Assembly (NCBI RefSeq): GCF_009914755.1
Contig: NC_060948.1
Origin: the human T2T-CHM13v2.0 reference genome, Homo sapiens
Length of the DNA stretch: 64,000 nucleotides
Direction: 5' to 3' (one strand)
Under the pieces are notes generated by a model. That model saw only the letters and a program-made list of their open reading frames with translations, had not been told where the DNA came from and made no database searches. Below are positions 1-20,715 of the stretch, piece after piece (the stretch's first letter is position 1; every line of letters begins with the position of its first letter). The position numbers and the translations under genes were made by a program.

Positions 1-104
1 ATTTGTGGCTGCTTTTGTGCAGAGGGGTTGCCACATGACTTCAGAAACCAGGTTGTAAATGTGCTGTGACTGCACATTATTTTTATTTATTTATTTTTTT
101 GTGA

Positions 105-317
<213 letters not shown>

Positions 318-1527
318 TGATATGCCTGCCTCAGCCTCCCAAAGTGCTGTGATTACAGGCGTGAGCCACTGTGCCCAGCCACAGTGGCTTTTTTAAACCA
401 GTAAATTTTGGGATAGCTAGTTATACATAATAACTGAAACAATCACGCATTTTAGAATTCATATGTAAGCTAACTTTTACCATGTAGCATTCTCACACAT
501 ATATAATGTGTGTGTGCATTTATGTGTGTGTGTTTGTGTGTGTGTGCACAGGCAAAAGAGATAGGGAGCTTTATTGCCTAGTGTTTTGTGGTCAGCTCAC
601 TTTTGCCTTGCCTGCATTCAGTTGAGCAGTTAAGCATCTAAAGTACCCAGTCTGTACACTGGGCTGTCTGCCAGGTACCGTGTTAAAAACAAAGTTGAGC
701 CTGCTCCTAGCTTGTTGGAAAACTCAGATAAACACAAATTAACAGCTCTCCTGTCACATTCTATGTTTTGGAACACCCTAGGATGGCTTTCTCAGATTCA
801 GCACTGTGACCATCATAGTCAGCACTTGTCATGATCAAGACTCAACCTTAGGTCTTGGATACAGTCCTAACGGGCCACTGGTTCTAACCCACAAGGTTGT
901 TTACCTATCTAAGCAGACTTAGGGGTAAACAGGATTCCTGCTTCAAATACAGTATTCTGGGAAGTTGATTCTTTCTTGACTCTGAGCCAAACTAAATGCA
1001 AGCATAAGCTTCATCAACAAAGTAGTTGTTCATATATTATGCAACTTCCGTAATGCCTTTTAATTTCTTCTGAAGACTCAACCAATGCTACAGGTAAGAA
1101 AATTAAAAAGACACACAGACATAGGATCACACATCAAGTTTTTGCCAAATTAAATTATTGTTTTGAAAATAATTTGCAGCACTGATGGGCACACACCGTA
1201 AAATTTCCAATGTATGAACTCTGGGCTACAAGACACTCTTTATCTTTGCCTGCTGTGAACGCTCTGAGGAAAATTCCGGTGGTTTTGAGGCAGTCACAAG
1301 GCAATGTGCTGCATAAGGCCTGGACTCAGAAGCAAAGGGCTCTTGATTTTAATCCCAGCCCACCGCTGACAAGCTCAACGGCCCCAGGATGTTTCCTCAT
1401 CAGCAGAGGTGGGCTAATGAATCCAGATCCCCTGTTTCACAGTTGTTCCTCAATGAATGAACACCTAGAAAGTTATACAACAATACAAAAATATCAGGTG
1501 GAAATTTACTTGTTTGTAAGTCTGTCA

Positions 1528-2322
1528 ATCCATCCATCCACTCACCCTTCCATCTATTCATCCATCTATTTTTCTAGCCACCCGTCCATCCATCTATCCA
1601 TGCACCTATTTATCCATCCATCCAGTTATCCATCCATCTATCCACATATCCATCCACACACCCACCCATCCATCCATTCATGGATACAACCGTTCATCTA
1701 CACATCCACCCACCCACCCATTCACCAAACTATTCATCTATCCATCCATTCATGGATACAACCATTCATGTACACATCCACCCACCCACCCATTCACCAA
1801 ACTATTCATCTATCCATCCATCCATCCCTGCATACACCCACTCGTCGATCCATCCACTCATCCATTCACCCACCCATCTACCCATCCATCTGTCCATCCA
1901 TCCATCTACCCACCCACCCATCTACCCATTCATCCATCCATCCATTTATTCATCCATCCATACATTCAGCCACCCATTTACTGAAACCTTATCTATCATC
2001 CATCCAGCCAGCCAGCCATTTATATACCCACCCGTTCATGCATCCATTCACCCACGCACCCATGTGTTTATCCATCCATTCATTCATCCACCCACATATC
2101 CACCTACCCATTCATCCAACCCTCCATCTATTCACCCATTCATCCATCCACCCACCCATCCATCCACTCACCCACCCATTTGTCCATGCATTCATTCATC
2201 CACCCATTTATTTATTCATCTACCCATTTATCTCTCAGTCAATCCATGCATCCAGATGTCTGTCCATTTATCCACACATCCACAACCCCCACCCATCCAC
2301 CCATGTGTACTTCCATCCTCCC
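1528..2322 (+). repeat. Degenerate (CCAT/CCAC)n array with an internal 72-bp duplication at ~1669-1812
   Basis: Direct reading; the duplication shows as a repeated peptide (SIHSWIQPFxYTSTHPPIHQTIHL) in ORF 1210..2346. Confidence 0.95.
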
Positions 2323-2479
2323 ACTGACTCAGGAAACTTCATTTGAGCATCTGTACAGCCGACATTGCGTGTGGCTCAGACACCTCTTAACTGCCTTGGC
2401 TGCCCACAAGTACCTCACAGGAGGTCTCTGCTATAAATTGGGCTCAGCCCCTGGCAGTGGAGACCAGAAATAAAAAGTG

Positions 2480-2930
2480 ATTTAAATAACACTGAAACAA
2501 ACCTGACTTTTTAAATGGTAAGATTAAAAACGTACTCTTCTGTCCTGTAATGAGGTCAGGAGAGTTGGTCTGGGCCTGGCACAGCTGTCTTGCAGTGTCA
2601 CCAGCCACCCTGGCACCTTTGCTCCATATATTCTGCCATTCTTGGAATAGGACCTCTACCCTCTGGAGGACTTCCTGCTCTAAGCTAGCTGCTGGAACTC
2701 CAGACATCACGTCATTATTCCAGGCAGGCCCAGCATGATGCAGAGAAAGTGAAAAGTGGGCTTGTTGGCCACCAGTCCCCCTCTTAAGGGACTCCTCAGA
2801 AGTTTCACCCAATAACTTTGGTTTACATTGATTTTATTAACCAGAACATAGATTTTTGGTTACACCTAACTGCAAAGGAGAATGAGGATATCGTCTTTCA
2901 GCTGTCACATTGCCAAAATCAGTAAATTCA
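2480..2930. mobile_element. Old MaLR LTR (MLT1J/K-like) remnant
   Basis: MLT1-like motifs such as GCTGCTGGAACTCCAGACATCAC and CACCTAACTGCAAAGGAG; recognition only. Confidence 0.45.
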
Positions 2931-3045
2931 AGGTCTCTTAATATAAGGGAAGAAAGAAAGGATATAGGATAGGCAACTGTAGTCTCACACGTGCATGAGG
3001 AATGGATGGAAGGATGGTGGACAGGAGCGCGTATGTAAATACTTT

Positions 3046-3385
3046 TTAGTCTTCTCAGGCTGCCATAATAAAATAGCATAGACTGGGTACTTAAACAAAA
3101 GGAATTTATTTTCTCACAGCTCTGGAGACTGGGAAGTCCAAGATCAAGGGGCTGGTTGGTTCAATTCCTGGTGAGGGCTCTCTTCTTGGTTTGCTGTGTT
3201 CTCACATGGAGGAGAGACAGAGCAAGCATGCCCTCCGATATTTCTTCTTACAAAGGCACTAACTTTCCTGCATAGGGTCCTAACTTTACGATTTCATTTA
3301 ACCTTGATTATTTCCTTGCTGCAAATACAGACACATGGGGAACAGAACTTCAACACACGAATTTGGGGAGTAGATACAACTCTGC
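3046..3385. mobile_element. MaLR LTR (MLT1A/B-like)
   Basis: Hallmarks GGCTGCCATAATAAAATAGCATAGACTGGG, TTTATTTTCTCACAGCTCTGGAGACTGGGAAGTCCAAGATCAAGG and ACTTCAACAC. Confidence 0.75.
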
Positions 3386-3829
3386 TCATGGCACATATAA
3401 GCATGCATACTAAATGTGTGTGTGCATGTGGGTCAATGGAAAGATTGGAAGTCTCATTAATAGCACATATATGCATGCATACTATGTGTGTGTGCACGTG
3501 TGTCTGTATGGAAAGATAGGAAGCCTCATTATCTAAATGCCTAGCCTTTCGGGTGAGCTAATTTTTGTTGTGTATGCATTCAATTGAGTAATTAAGCTTC
3601 TCAAAGGCTGCCTCTCTTTGTTGGGCTCTCTGCCTGGTGCTGAGGTACAGACAAAGATGTGACTGCTCCACAGCTTATGGGGAGGCTCAGATAAACACGA
3701 ATAAATCTAAATAAACACACATAAATTAAGGCCTATTTAAATAAACACTTGCTGCTCTCAGAAGCAGAGCCACGGCTGTTTGATTTTACTGCTGTATCCC
3801 ACAGAGCAGATACTCAAAAAGCTTTGTTG

Positions 3830-4215
3830 AGGCTGGGCATGGTGGCTCCTCCCTGTAATCCTAGGACTTGGGGAGGGCTGAGACTGGGGGATCGCTTGAG
3901 GTCAGGAGTTTGAGACCAGCCTGGGCAATATAGTGAGACCCTGTCTCTAAAATAAAATAACCTGGGCATGGTGGTGCAGTCCTGTGGTCCCAGCTACTCA
4001 AGAGGCTGAGGTCAGAGGATCACTTGAGCCCAGGAGTTTGAGACCAGCCTGGGTAACATAGACCCCATCTCTAAAATTATAAAATTAGCCGGACATGGTG
4101 GCACATTCCTGTGGTCCCAGAGGCTCGGGAAGCTGAGATGGTAGGATCTCTTGAGTACAGGAGTTTGAGACCAGCCTGGGCAACACAGAGAGACCTCATC
4201 TCTGCAAAAAATAAA
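3830..4215 (+). mobile_element. AluJ/FLAM-like monomers, three in tandem
   Basis: AGGAGTTTGAGACCAGCCTGGG recurs at ~3905, ~4032 and ~4159 (127-bp period). Confidence 0.8.
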
Positions 4216-4577
4216 AATAAGCGAAAATAAACACAATATTTTTAAAAACATGAAAAAGCTTTGTTGAATAACCAGGCATGTTGAGAAATCACCAAGAATA
4301 GAGCACTGTAGGAACCTGGGGAGAAAAAAGCTGAGTTGTTGGTGCAGGAGCCAAGCAGTTAGGGGTACATGAAAGAAAATCGCTAGTGGGCTGCACCCTG
4401 GCAAATGCAGCTGGACGAAAGATCTGATGCTACTCATTCCCGAAGGTCACATTCTTAAGCTTGAATGGGTGGCAGAGTTGACCTGACTCAGGGTAATGGT
4501 ACAGGAATATACATGTGCATATATATCATACTGCAAATGTATCCGTTTTGAATCTGACTCTCTAAGAATAATCTACA

Positions 4578-5218
<641 letters not shown>

Positions 5219-5254
5219 TCACAATTTGGGAGAACAGGGAGATAAGAACATCCA

Positions 5255-5515
5255 GCAGCCACCCATCCATCTATTCATCTGTCTGTCTATCCATGCACCC
5301 ATCCACCCATGTATTTATCCATCCATCCATACATACATACATCCACCCACCCATTCATCCAACCCTCCATCTATCAACTCATTCATCCATCCATCCATTC
5401 ATCCACCCACAATCCACCCCATCCACCCACCCGCCCTCAATTCATCCACCCACACATCTACCCATCTATCCATCTATCCATCCATCCACCTATCCATCCA
5501 TCCACTCATCCTATC
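5255..5515 (+). repeat. Degenerate (CCAT)n array
   Basis: Direct reading. Confidence 0.93.
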
Positions 5516-5625
5516 TGAATTGTGTCTGTGAGACTCCTCCATGGTGAAATTATTCTTTTCCTAATTTTTTATGTCATACACTTTGGAAGAAGTGGGGATC
5601 TGTGTCCACCTCCTTGATGGTGAGA

Positions 5626-5751
5626 GCAGCAGTCCCCAACCTTTTTGGCACCAGGGACTGGTTTCATGGAAGACAGTTTTTCCACAGAACCAAGGGTGGG
5701 AGGGATGGTTTTAGGATGATTCAAGCACATTACATTGTGCACTTTATTTCC

Positions 5752-5782
<31 letters not shown>

Positions 5783-5839
5783 TGTAATGTATAATGAAAT
5801 AATTCTACAACTCACCATAACGTAGAATCAGTAGGAGCC
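5626..5839. mobile_element. MER1B-like hAT-Charlie DNA transposon fragment containing an (ATT)n run
   Basis: CAGCAGTCCCCAACCTTTTTGGCACCAGGGACTGGTTTCATGGAAGAC is the MER1 terminus. Confidence 0.75.
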
Positions 5840-6040
5840 TGTATTAGCCCATTCTCGCACTGCTATGAAGAACTACCTAATTTATGAAGGAAAGAGGTTT
5901 AATTGAGGGGGATGGTGCAAAACCATTCATGAAGGATCTGACCCCATGATCCAGTCACCTTCCACCAGGCCCCCACCTCCAACACTGGGGATTTCAGTTT
6001 GACATGAGATTTGGGCGGGGACACAGAGCCAAACCATATC
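5840..6040. mobile_element. MST-type MaLR LTR, internally deleted
   Basis: TGTATTAG start and GAGATTTGGGCGGGGACACAGAGCCAAACCATATCA end. Confidence 0.8.
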
Positions 6041-6106
6041 ACCACCAGCACAGCACCAAGCATCTTGCCACTCAGAAAGAATGCCAAAATTTCTCTCTAG
6101 ACATAT

Positions 6107-6803
<697 letters not shown>

Positions 6804-8828
6804 TGACAGCTCCCCTGCCCCGATGCTTTCCTTCCTGTTCCATGGAGTTCCATGTTCTGTGCTGTGTAGTTTGATTTTCAGTCCTCCTTTGAATTCTGCA
6901 GCTGTGTATTTAGACCCATTTCCCAGGCCAGTAAACAAAGCCCCGTGGGCAAGAAACCACAGATCCCCCCATAGAAAGTGGGAGAAAATGCCAGTGTGCA
7001 ATAGTGTGTGCATGTGTGTGTGTGTGTACGTGCATGTATGTGTGTGTGTATGCATGTGTGTGTGTGTGCATGCATGTGTATGTGTGTGCATGCAGATGGA
7101 ATATAATTATAACCTGCGTGTGTGTGCAGTATAAAATATATAAAACTGGTTTGGAGAGCAGGGTATGAAAAGTCCAAAGTCAGAAGAACTAATCCTTGGC
7201 TGTGGGTGGTGGCTCATACCTGTAATACCAGCACTTCGGGAGGCCGAGGCCGGCAGATCAGTTGAGGTCAGGAGTTCGAGACCAGCCTGGCCAACGTGGT
7301 GAAACTCCATCTCTACTAAAAATACAAAAATTAGCCAGGCGTGGTGATGGGTGCCTATAGCCGTAGCTACTCAGGAGACTGAGGCACAAGGATCGCTTGA
7401 ACCTGGGAGGTGGTGAGCTGAGATCGCGCCACTGCACTCCAGCCTGGACAACAGAGTGACACTCTGTCTCAATAAATAAATAAATAGAAGAAGAACTAAT
7501 TCTTAAAAATTAAAGACACATGGAAGGTTTCCGCAGGAGGCTGGGAGCTACCAAGGGTTAGGTTGAAATGTGCAACGTGGCCACGTGGGTCCCTCGGAAA
7601 TGGTCAGAACATGGTTATTTCTTGAGGTTCCACTGGTGAAATAAACGGGAAACATGGAGGCTGCCCCAGCAGTGAGTTCCCCATCCCTTCTTCAGCCTAG
7701 TTTGTGGCCTTCAAAAGATGCTTCCCGTGGCACCTGGATACAATTCAGAAGGCTTTTTCAATTAATTTAATTTTCATTCTGGAGGTTACGGCCTCTTGGT
7801 GCCAGTTCCAGAGGGTCTGCAGAATATTATGGAAATTCATATTTGGAGCCAAAGAATGGCAGCGTTAAAAAAAAATAAAGAAAAAAGGCAAAAGGCATCT
7901 AACTAAATGAATTAGAAACAGAAGTCTTCCAAATGCTTACCTGTGAGAACATAGATAAAAAGCCTCAAAGCCTGGCTTTCAGAAGCTGATGTTGCATCTT
8001 TATTATGGCTGGCGAGAATGACCTGCGCCCTCCCTGAAAGGCAGCCAGAGTCTAGACTCTACTGGAACATAATGGACAGTCAGAGGAGGGAAGCTTCACC
8101 TGCAGTGCCGTCCAAATGTCAGAGGCTGGAGATGGTCCAGGGGAGGGCCTTTCTTTTGGCGGTAATGGGGGTGAAGCAGGAAGCTCACAGGGAGAGGGGT
8201 GTTTGGAGTGTGAGACAGCAGGAAGACCCTGCGTTCTTTTTATCTCTGCTTCATCCCAAGTCAGACTTGCCTCAGGATGCCAAAATGCCCGGGCAGCTCC
8301 AGCATCCTCTTGCTCCTCAAAATGAGCCCCCAGGGTCCTCCTACTTGCCCTGACCTAGGATCCACACCCTCCCTTGACCCCAGCCCAGGACTGTGGCCAG
8401 GGAAAAAGAAAGTGCTAATTGATAGAGAGTCAATGCCACGTGGGGAGGTCGGGGGAGAGGTGCAGGAGAAAATACCAGAGAAGGAGCTCTGGTTGGGTAG
8501 TTCATCCGGGTTCACTCCAAGAGGTAACACTTTAAAGGTGGTGTTCCCATGAAGAACGATTACATTTTCCTCATACTTCTAAAGTGCAATTATGTTGCTG
8601 GGGTTTTGCTGGCCGAAAAGAAAACGAAAAAGAAAAGAAAAAACCTTCCGGTGTGCAAGCTCACACTGTTACTTTTTAAGATGTGCATCACTCACACCAC
8701 CGAGCTCACATTGCTGAGCAGGTCTCTGGGGCACAGGCCCAGCCCCTCTAGCCTTGCAGGTTTCTGACCTAGGGGTGCAGGTGACCTAGGGAGGGGTGGG
8801 TATGGCCGCAGGCAGGGGATAGCTCAAG

Positions 8829-9688
<860 letters not shown>

Positions 9689-9775
9689 ACAGGTGTTATC
9701 TCAGAGCCCCTGACTCAGTCGGCTGGGCAGCAAGTATGCCAGCCCAGGAATGGGCCAATAGATGAGGCAGGGCTT

Positions 9776-10987
<1,212 letters not shown>

Positions 10988-11359
10988 GTTTGAAGTGTGG
11001 AATGCAAGAATATTCAGGGTTATTTGTCAGGCTGCAAAGTTGTTCCACTACCCTGCAGGAAAATGGATACAATTTTAGGCTTAGGTGTTAACAGATAACA
11101 TTGTTAAGTGTGGGAAGGGCGACAACTGCACTGCAGCTGTGGCCAGTGGCGCGGGAGGGTGTCTAAACTCAAAGCCCACTGGAAGGCGAGTCGCCCATGA
11201 CCAGGACTAGGGCCCAGGTGCCCCAGATAGAAGGCACCTCGTTCCCTATTGCCCCTCACTAACTCCCGTGACCAGGAGTCCCCACTCCCAACCTTGTCCT
11301 GGGGATTCTGGGGAGAAACTGCCCCAGCGCAGAGGCTACTCCAAGGGTTGTCCTTGGTC

Positions 11360-13030
11360 CGGCGCAAAGGGTTCGTCCGCCACCCTCCCGGCTGCCGCGC
11401 TCGGACGCTCTAGAAAGGACTTGGGACGGGGGTTGCCTGTGGAGCGGGGGCCTAGGCTTCCTGAGCAGGGAGAGGATTGCACTTTGCTCCCCTTGGGGAA
11501 CTCCCTGAGGTGAGCAGCGGGGAGGGGCCCCCATACTTTTCCCAGCAGGGGAGCCGGGAGTTTCCTCTGCTCCCACTGCAGAGCAGGGGAGGGTCCCTGC
11601 TAGGGGCGGAGAAGGGGCTGCAGGGGCGAGTGGGGAGGGGGGCTACACGTTTCCAAGAAGGGCGGCAGTTTCGTGTCGCTACAGTTGCAGGCGTGCATTT
11701 AGGAGGCTGTAGACAGGGAGGGACCCGCACTTTCCCGAGCCGGGGAGCTGCTGGGAAAGTTTGTTTTTTTGCTCCCACTGGAGACCAGGGGGTGAGGGGC
11801 GGAGAAGGGGCTGCAGGGGCGAGTGGGGAGAGGGGGCTCTATGTTTCCAAGAAGGGCGGCAGTTTTGTGCCACTACAGTTAAGGGCCGCCCTCGGCCGTG
11901 CATTCAGAGGGCTGTAAACCGGGAGGGACCCGCACTTTCCCGAGAACGTTGTAGTTCACTTTGCTTCGGGTCGGCGCCGCCCTGGCTACGGCCCTGTGGG
12001 TGGGTGAGGGGGCGTGGGCAGTTTCCTGAGAAGGGGCGGGGCGTGTACCGTACTCCCCTCGGCGCTGCCTGGGCCACCCCCGCCCGCCTACCCCCTCTGT
12101 CTCCTCCCCGAGCCCGGCGTTCCCGCCCCTTCTGTGCGCGCGTGGAGGCCGGGGCGGGGCGGGCGCAGCCGGCGCTGAGCTTGCAGGGCCGCTCCCCTCA
12201 CCCGCCCCCTTCGAGTCCTCGGGCTTCGCCCCACCCGGCCCGTGGGGGAGTATCTGTCCTGCCGCCTTCGCCCACGCCCTGCACTCCGGGACCGTCCCTG
12301 CGCGCTCTGGGCGCACCATGGCCCGCGGGGCTGCGCTGGCGCTGCTGCTCTTCGGCCTGCTGGGTGTTCTGGTCGCCGCCCCGGGTGAGCGAGCGGAGGG
12401 ATCCGGGTTGGGGCACGCGGAGGGCGCGGGCCGGGACTGGGGATCCGCTTGAGATGCGGCGTTGGGGGCGCCCCGCGGGGACACCCGGAGCCTCCTCCCT
12501 GCCCGGCAGGACGCGCTGTGCCCACGGGGGCCCAGGCCCGGAGGAGGCGCCCACTTTCTCCCCAACGCTTTTCCTGGAGCCGTTCCAGAGAGAAAAGTCA
12601 GCGTTTGTTGTCGGAGTTGCAAACTCTTACATGTGGGGCGGCCTTGGGAGAGGTGCGTCCGATTCTTCCCAATCTAGGGGACCTTCTTACAGATCTCTCT
12701 CCCTTTGCATGAGCCCCTCACCCCACCCCGTTATCTACCCCCAGGGTTTGGGGACCTGCGTCTTCAGGCCGCGCGCGGAGGCCGCCCTGGAGTTGCCTGT
12801 CACAGCCACGCCCTGCGTCCCGGGCCTAAATTTGGAATCGCTAGGAGCCTGAGACCCGGGTGGTGGGGGGAAGGGAAGGAAAAGTTAGAAAAAAACTTCG
12901 AGCCCTGAAAATGTTCAAAAATACTCTGTGGATGCGGGCTCCGGGAATTTCAGCGCGTGCTGTGCGCCAAGCAACACGGGGCGCAGAAAGAAACGTGTGC
13001 TTACCAAATTGTCCATCTGCGGCGGTGGAG
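11360..13030. promoter_or_regulatory. CD99: CpG island / TATA-less GC-rich promoter of CD99
   Basis: Dense CpGs and very high GC around exon 1. GC boxes GGGGCGGGGC at 12033-12042 and 12151-12160. No TATA box seen. Confidence 0.92.
12318..12384 (+). CDS. CD99: CD99 exon 1 coding part: signal peptide MARGAALALLLFGLLGVLVAAP + first base of Asp
   Basis: Strong Kozak context GCACCATGG; hydrophobic leader; donor CGG|GTGAGC at 12385; 67 nt, phase 1. Confidence 0.98.
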
Positions 13031-14085
13031 AATTCGGAAAACAGAAAAAGTGGGCAGGGAAGAAAGAGCCACGGTCACCCTCCCACGCCCTAAACCGGGC
13101 CTATTTCTAATTATTACTTTAATCATGTTTTTCTGTTTCCCTCCCTTTGAAACGGAAACGGAGACCCTGCCGGATGTGGTATGTTATAAATTCTTTTTTC
13201 ATGTTATAAATTCTTTTTTCAATGGTCAGTGCATTTTTTGCTCTTCGTATGGGCAGGCTTTTAAGTAGACCGGCTTGCGGGCAGTGTGGACTTCAGGACG
13301 GGCCTTATCAGGGCTGGACGTATTTAGGAAGGAGACGCGGGAACGCCCGGCCCTGGGGAGGACGGAGGAGGCCCGATTTGTGTTGATAGGATCTAGCTCA
13401 GCCTAGAGCGGCGGTGACTAGGCCGGGTCTCTATTTTTAGGGAGGAGTTGCTAATGGATTTACACCCTCTTTAAAGGGGTCCCGGGTATCCTAGAAATTG
13501 TGCTTTCACTTGGTAGAGATTAGAGATAATGAAGCCTGCTCCGTAGAGGAAAACTTGGAGGACTTTCCAGCCTGCAGGGGAGGTTCCAAGCAGAGCTTCC
13601 TGTTTCTCCCTTTTCTTCCTAAATGTCCTTCTTGCGGGCAACCTGTCACCACGGACGGGATGGCTCTGTAGGGTTTTATCAGCTGCATTTGTTCCCCAGG
13701 CACCTGCAGATGAACGGGTTTTTCACTTGTCTCTCTGCGAATGCATTCCTTCATCCTTCATGCCTGCCTTCCTTCTTTTGCACCTACTGTGGGCTTGGGG
13801 TCAGGGAAATATATCCAAGGGAGTGCTGGTGGCCTAAGAATTCAGTTTCCTGGAGAACAGAGGCATCTGAACAGGCAGACGGGAGACAGGGCCACAGGGA
13901 CCTTTATAGTTCCATCACGAAATAACTCAGGGGTTCCCAGTGGTAAATCTTGGTGAGGGGCTTGGCTGGATTTTGAAGCCCTAGGGACAGATTTGCCGGC
14001 TGGTCTGGCGTTCCAGGTCATTGGAGCAGAGTGAGTGGAAAGCCTTATATTCTCTAAGCCCCAAACAAGTCGTTGCACAGTTTTT

Positions 14086-14178
14086 TTGTTTTTGTTGGTG
14101 GTGGTGGTTTTTTTTTTTTGGACGGAGTTTCACTCTGTCACCAGTCTGGAGTGTAGTGGCACGATGTCGGCTCATTGG
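14086..14178 (-). mobile_element. Severely 5'-truncated Alu with a 15-bp TSD
   Basis: TSD CGTTGCACAGTTTTT at 14071-14085 and 14179-14193. Confidence 0.85.
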
Positions 14179-14749
14179 CGTTGCACAGTTTTTAAACCCA
14201 CAGCAGTGTTCATCTGGAACTCCTGATTTTGGAAGCAGACTGGGCTTAGGAACTCCAGCTGCTGATGCTTTGAGTAAAGGGAAGAGTACCTGTCTATGGG
14301 GTGGGTGGGTAGGGAAGAGCAGTGGGATAGGGGCATAACAGGGGCCAACCTATCCTTCCAATTGCAGAGGAGGGCCTGGCCGTCAGCACTGATGGATCTC
14401 CTTGAGGGACGCTTCTCACCCCTTCTTTGCAGTCTGACCCTGCTAGAGATGGAGACAGAAACAGCCTGTCCCAATAATATTAATACACGTTTCATCGGGA
14501 AAGTTGACTTTTGAGTTGGTGATGCTCAGAACACACTTTCTTATAGCAACATGCATCAGGCTGCAAAACCCCGTTGAGCCTGAAGTAGGTTCTCAGACTG
14601 GTGCTGATAGCTCTGGCCTGATCTCACAGTGTTGGGGACCCTGTGTTCCTTGGTTCCTTCATAAATTCTCAGGGGTACAGGTGGGATGTGGTGAGGGATG
14701 GATGGACAGAGGGAGGTGTATAGAGGAAAAGAGGAGGCTTCAGCTTTGT

Positions 14750-14973
14750 AGAGAGCAGGATGTCCCCACAGGGCGACGTTGGCCCCGAGGAGACACTTTG
14801 TGATGGTTGCAGACATTTTTGGTTGCCACCCTGGGGTGGGACATCCCACCATCCTGCAATGGGTGGGGCAGCTTAGGGAAGCTGCTCAGAATCTTTCAAG
14901 GGCCAGGACGGCCTCCAGCACAAAGAATTCATCTGGTCCCAAATGCCAGTGGTGTTGAGGGTGGAAAACCCTG
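14750..14973. mobile_element. MER20-like hAT DNA transposon
   Basis: GCAGACATTTTTGGTTGCCAC and CAAAGAATTCATCTGGTCCCAAATGCCAGTGGTGTTGAGGGTGGAAAACCCTG. Confidence 0.7.
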
Positions 14974-15424
14974 AGGAGGGCTTGGGAGTTGCATGTATGC
15001 GCTGATTCAGGGCTGCCCCTGCAGTTAGGAGCCTGCCGTCCCGACAGTAGAGTCGCACACATCCGATGCATCCCTGCTCTCTGGCAAAGGCTGATTTGCC
15101 CCACCCCCCGGGGCAACGGCACAGCGGCCTGTGCGGTTTGAAAAACTCCAAACATCTACGGAACCGACATCTCTTGAACAATACCAGGCCTCTTCAGGAT
15201 TCCCTCGCCCCAGTAGAGCAAGTGTGGGCTTCGTTGTTTTTTTTTTTTTTTAACTCTCTCCAGAGCTCTTGTCTCCTGCCCCTGTGGGTGTGTGTGGAAG
15301 TTATTAGGAGAATGTTTCTGGGCAGAGGAAGTGGGTTTTATCATCCAGCGAGTTTGCCTTGATTTTCCATCAGCGCGTTTGGCTCTGGTAAAAGTTGATT
15401 GCTTTGCATTTAACTCCCTACTTT

Positions 15425-20715
<5,291 letters not shown>

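Noticed and set aside
1210-2346. 378-aa His/Pro/Ser/Ile-rich ORF (also 1680..2327, 21187..22005 and similar)
   Set aside because: Translation of (CCAT)n arrays, which lack stop codons in several frames; no splice or promoter context.
11477-12852. Long overlapping ORFs on both strands (363 aa, 247 aa, etc.)
   Set aside because: Stop-codon depletion in a GC-rich CpG island; only 12318-12384 fits the CD99 frame.
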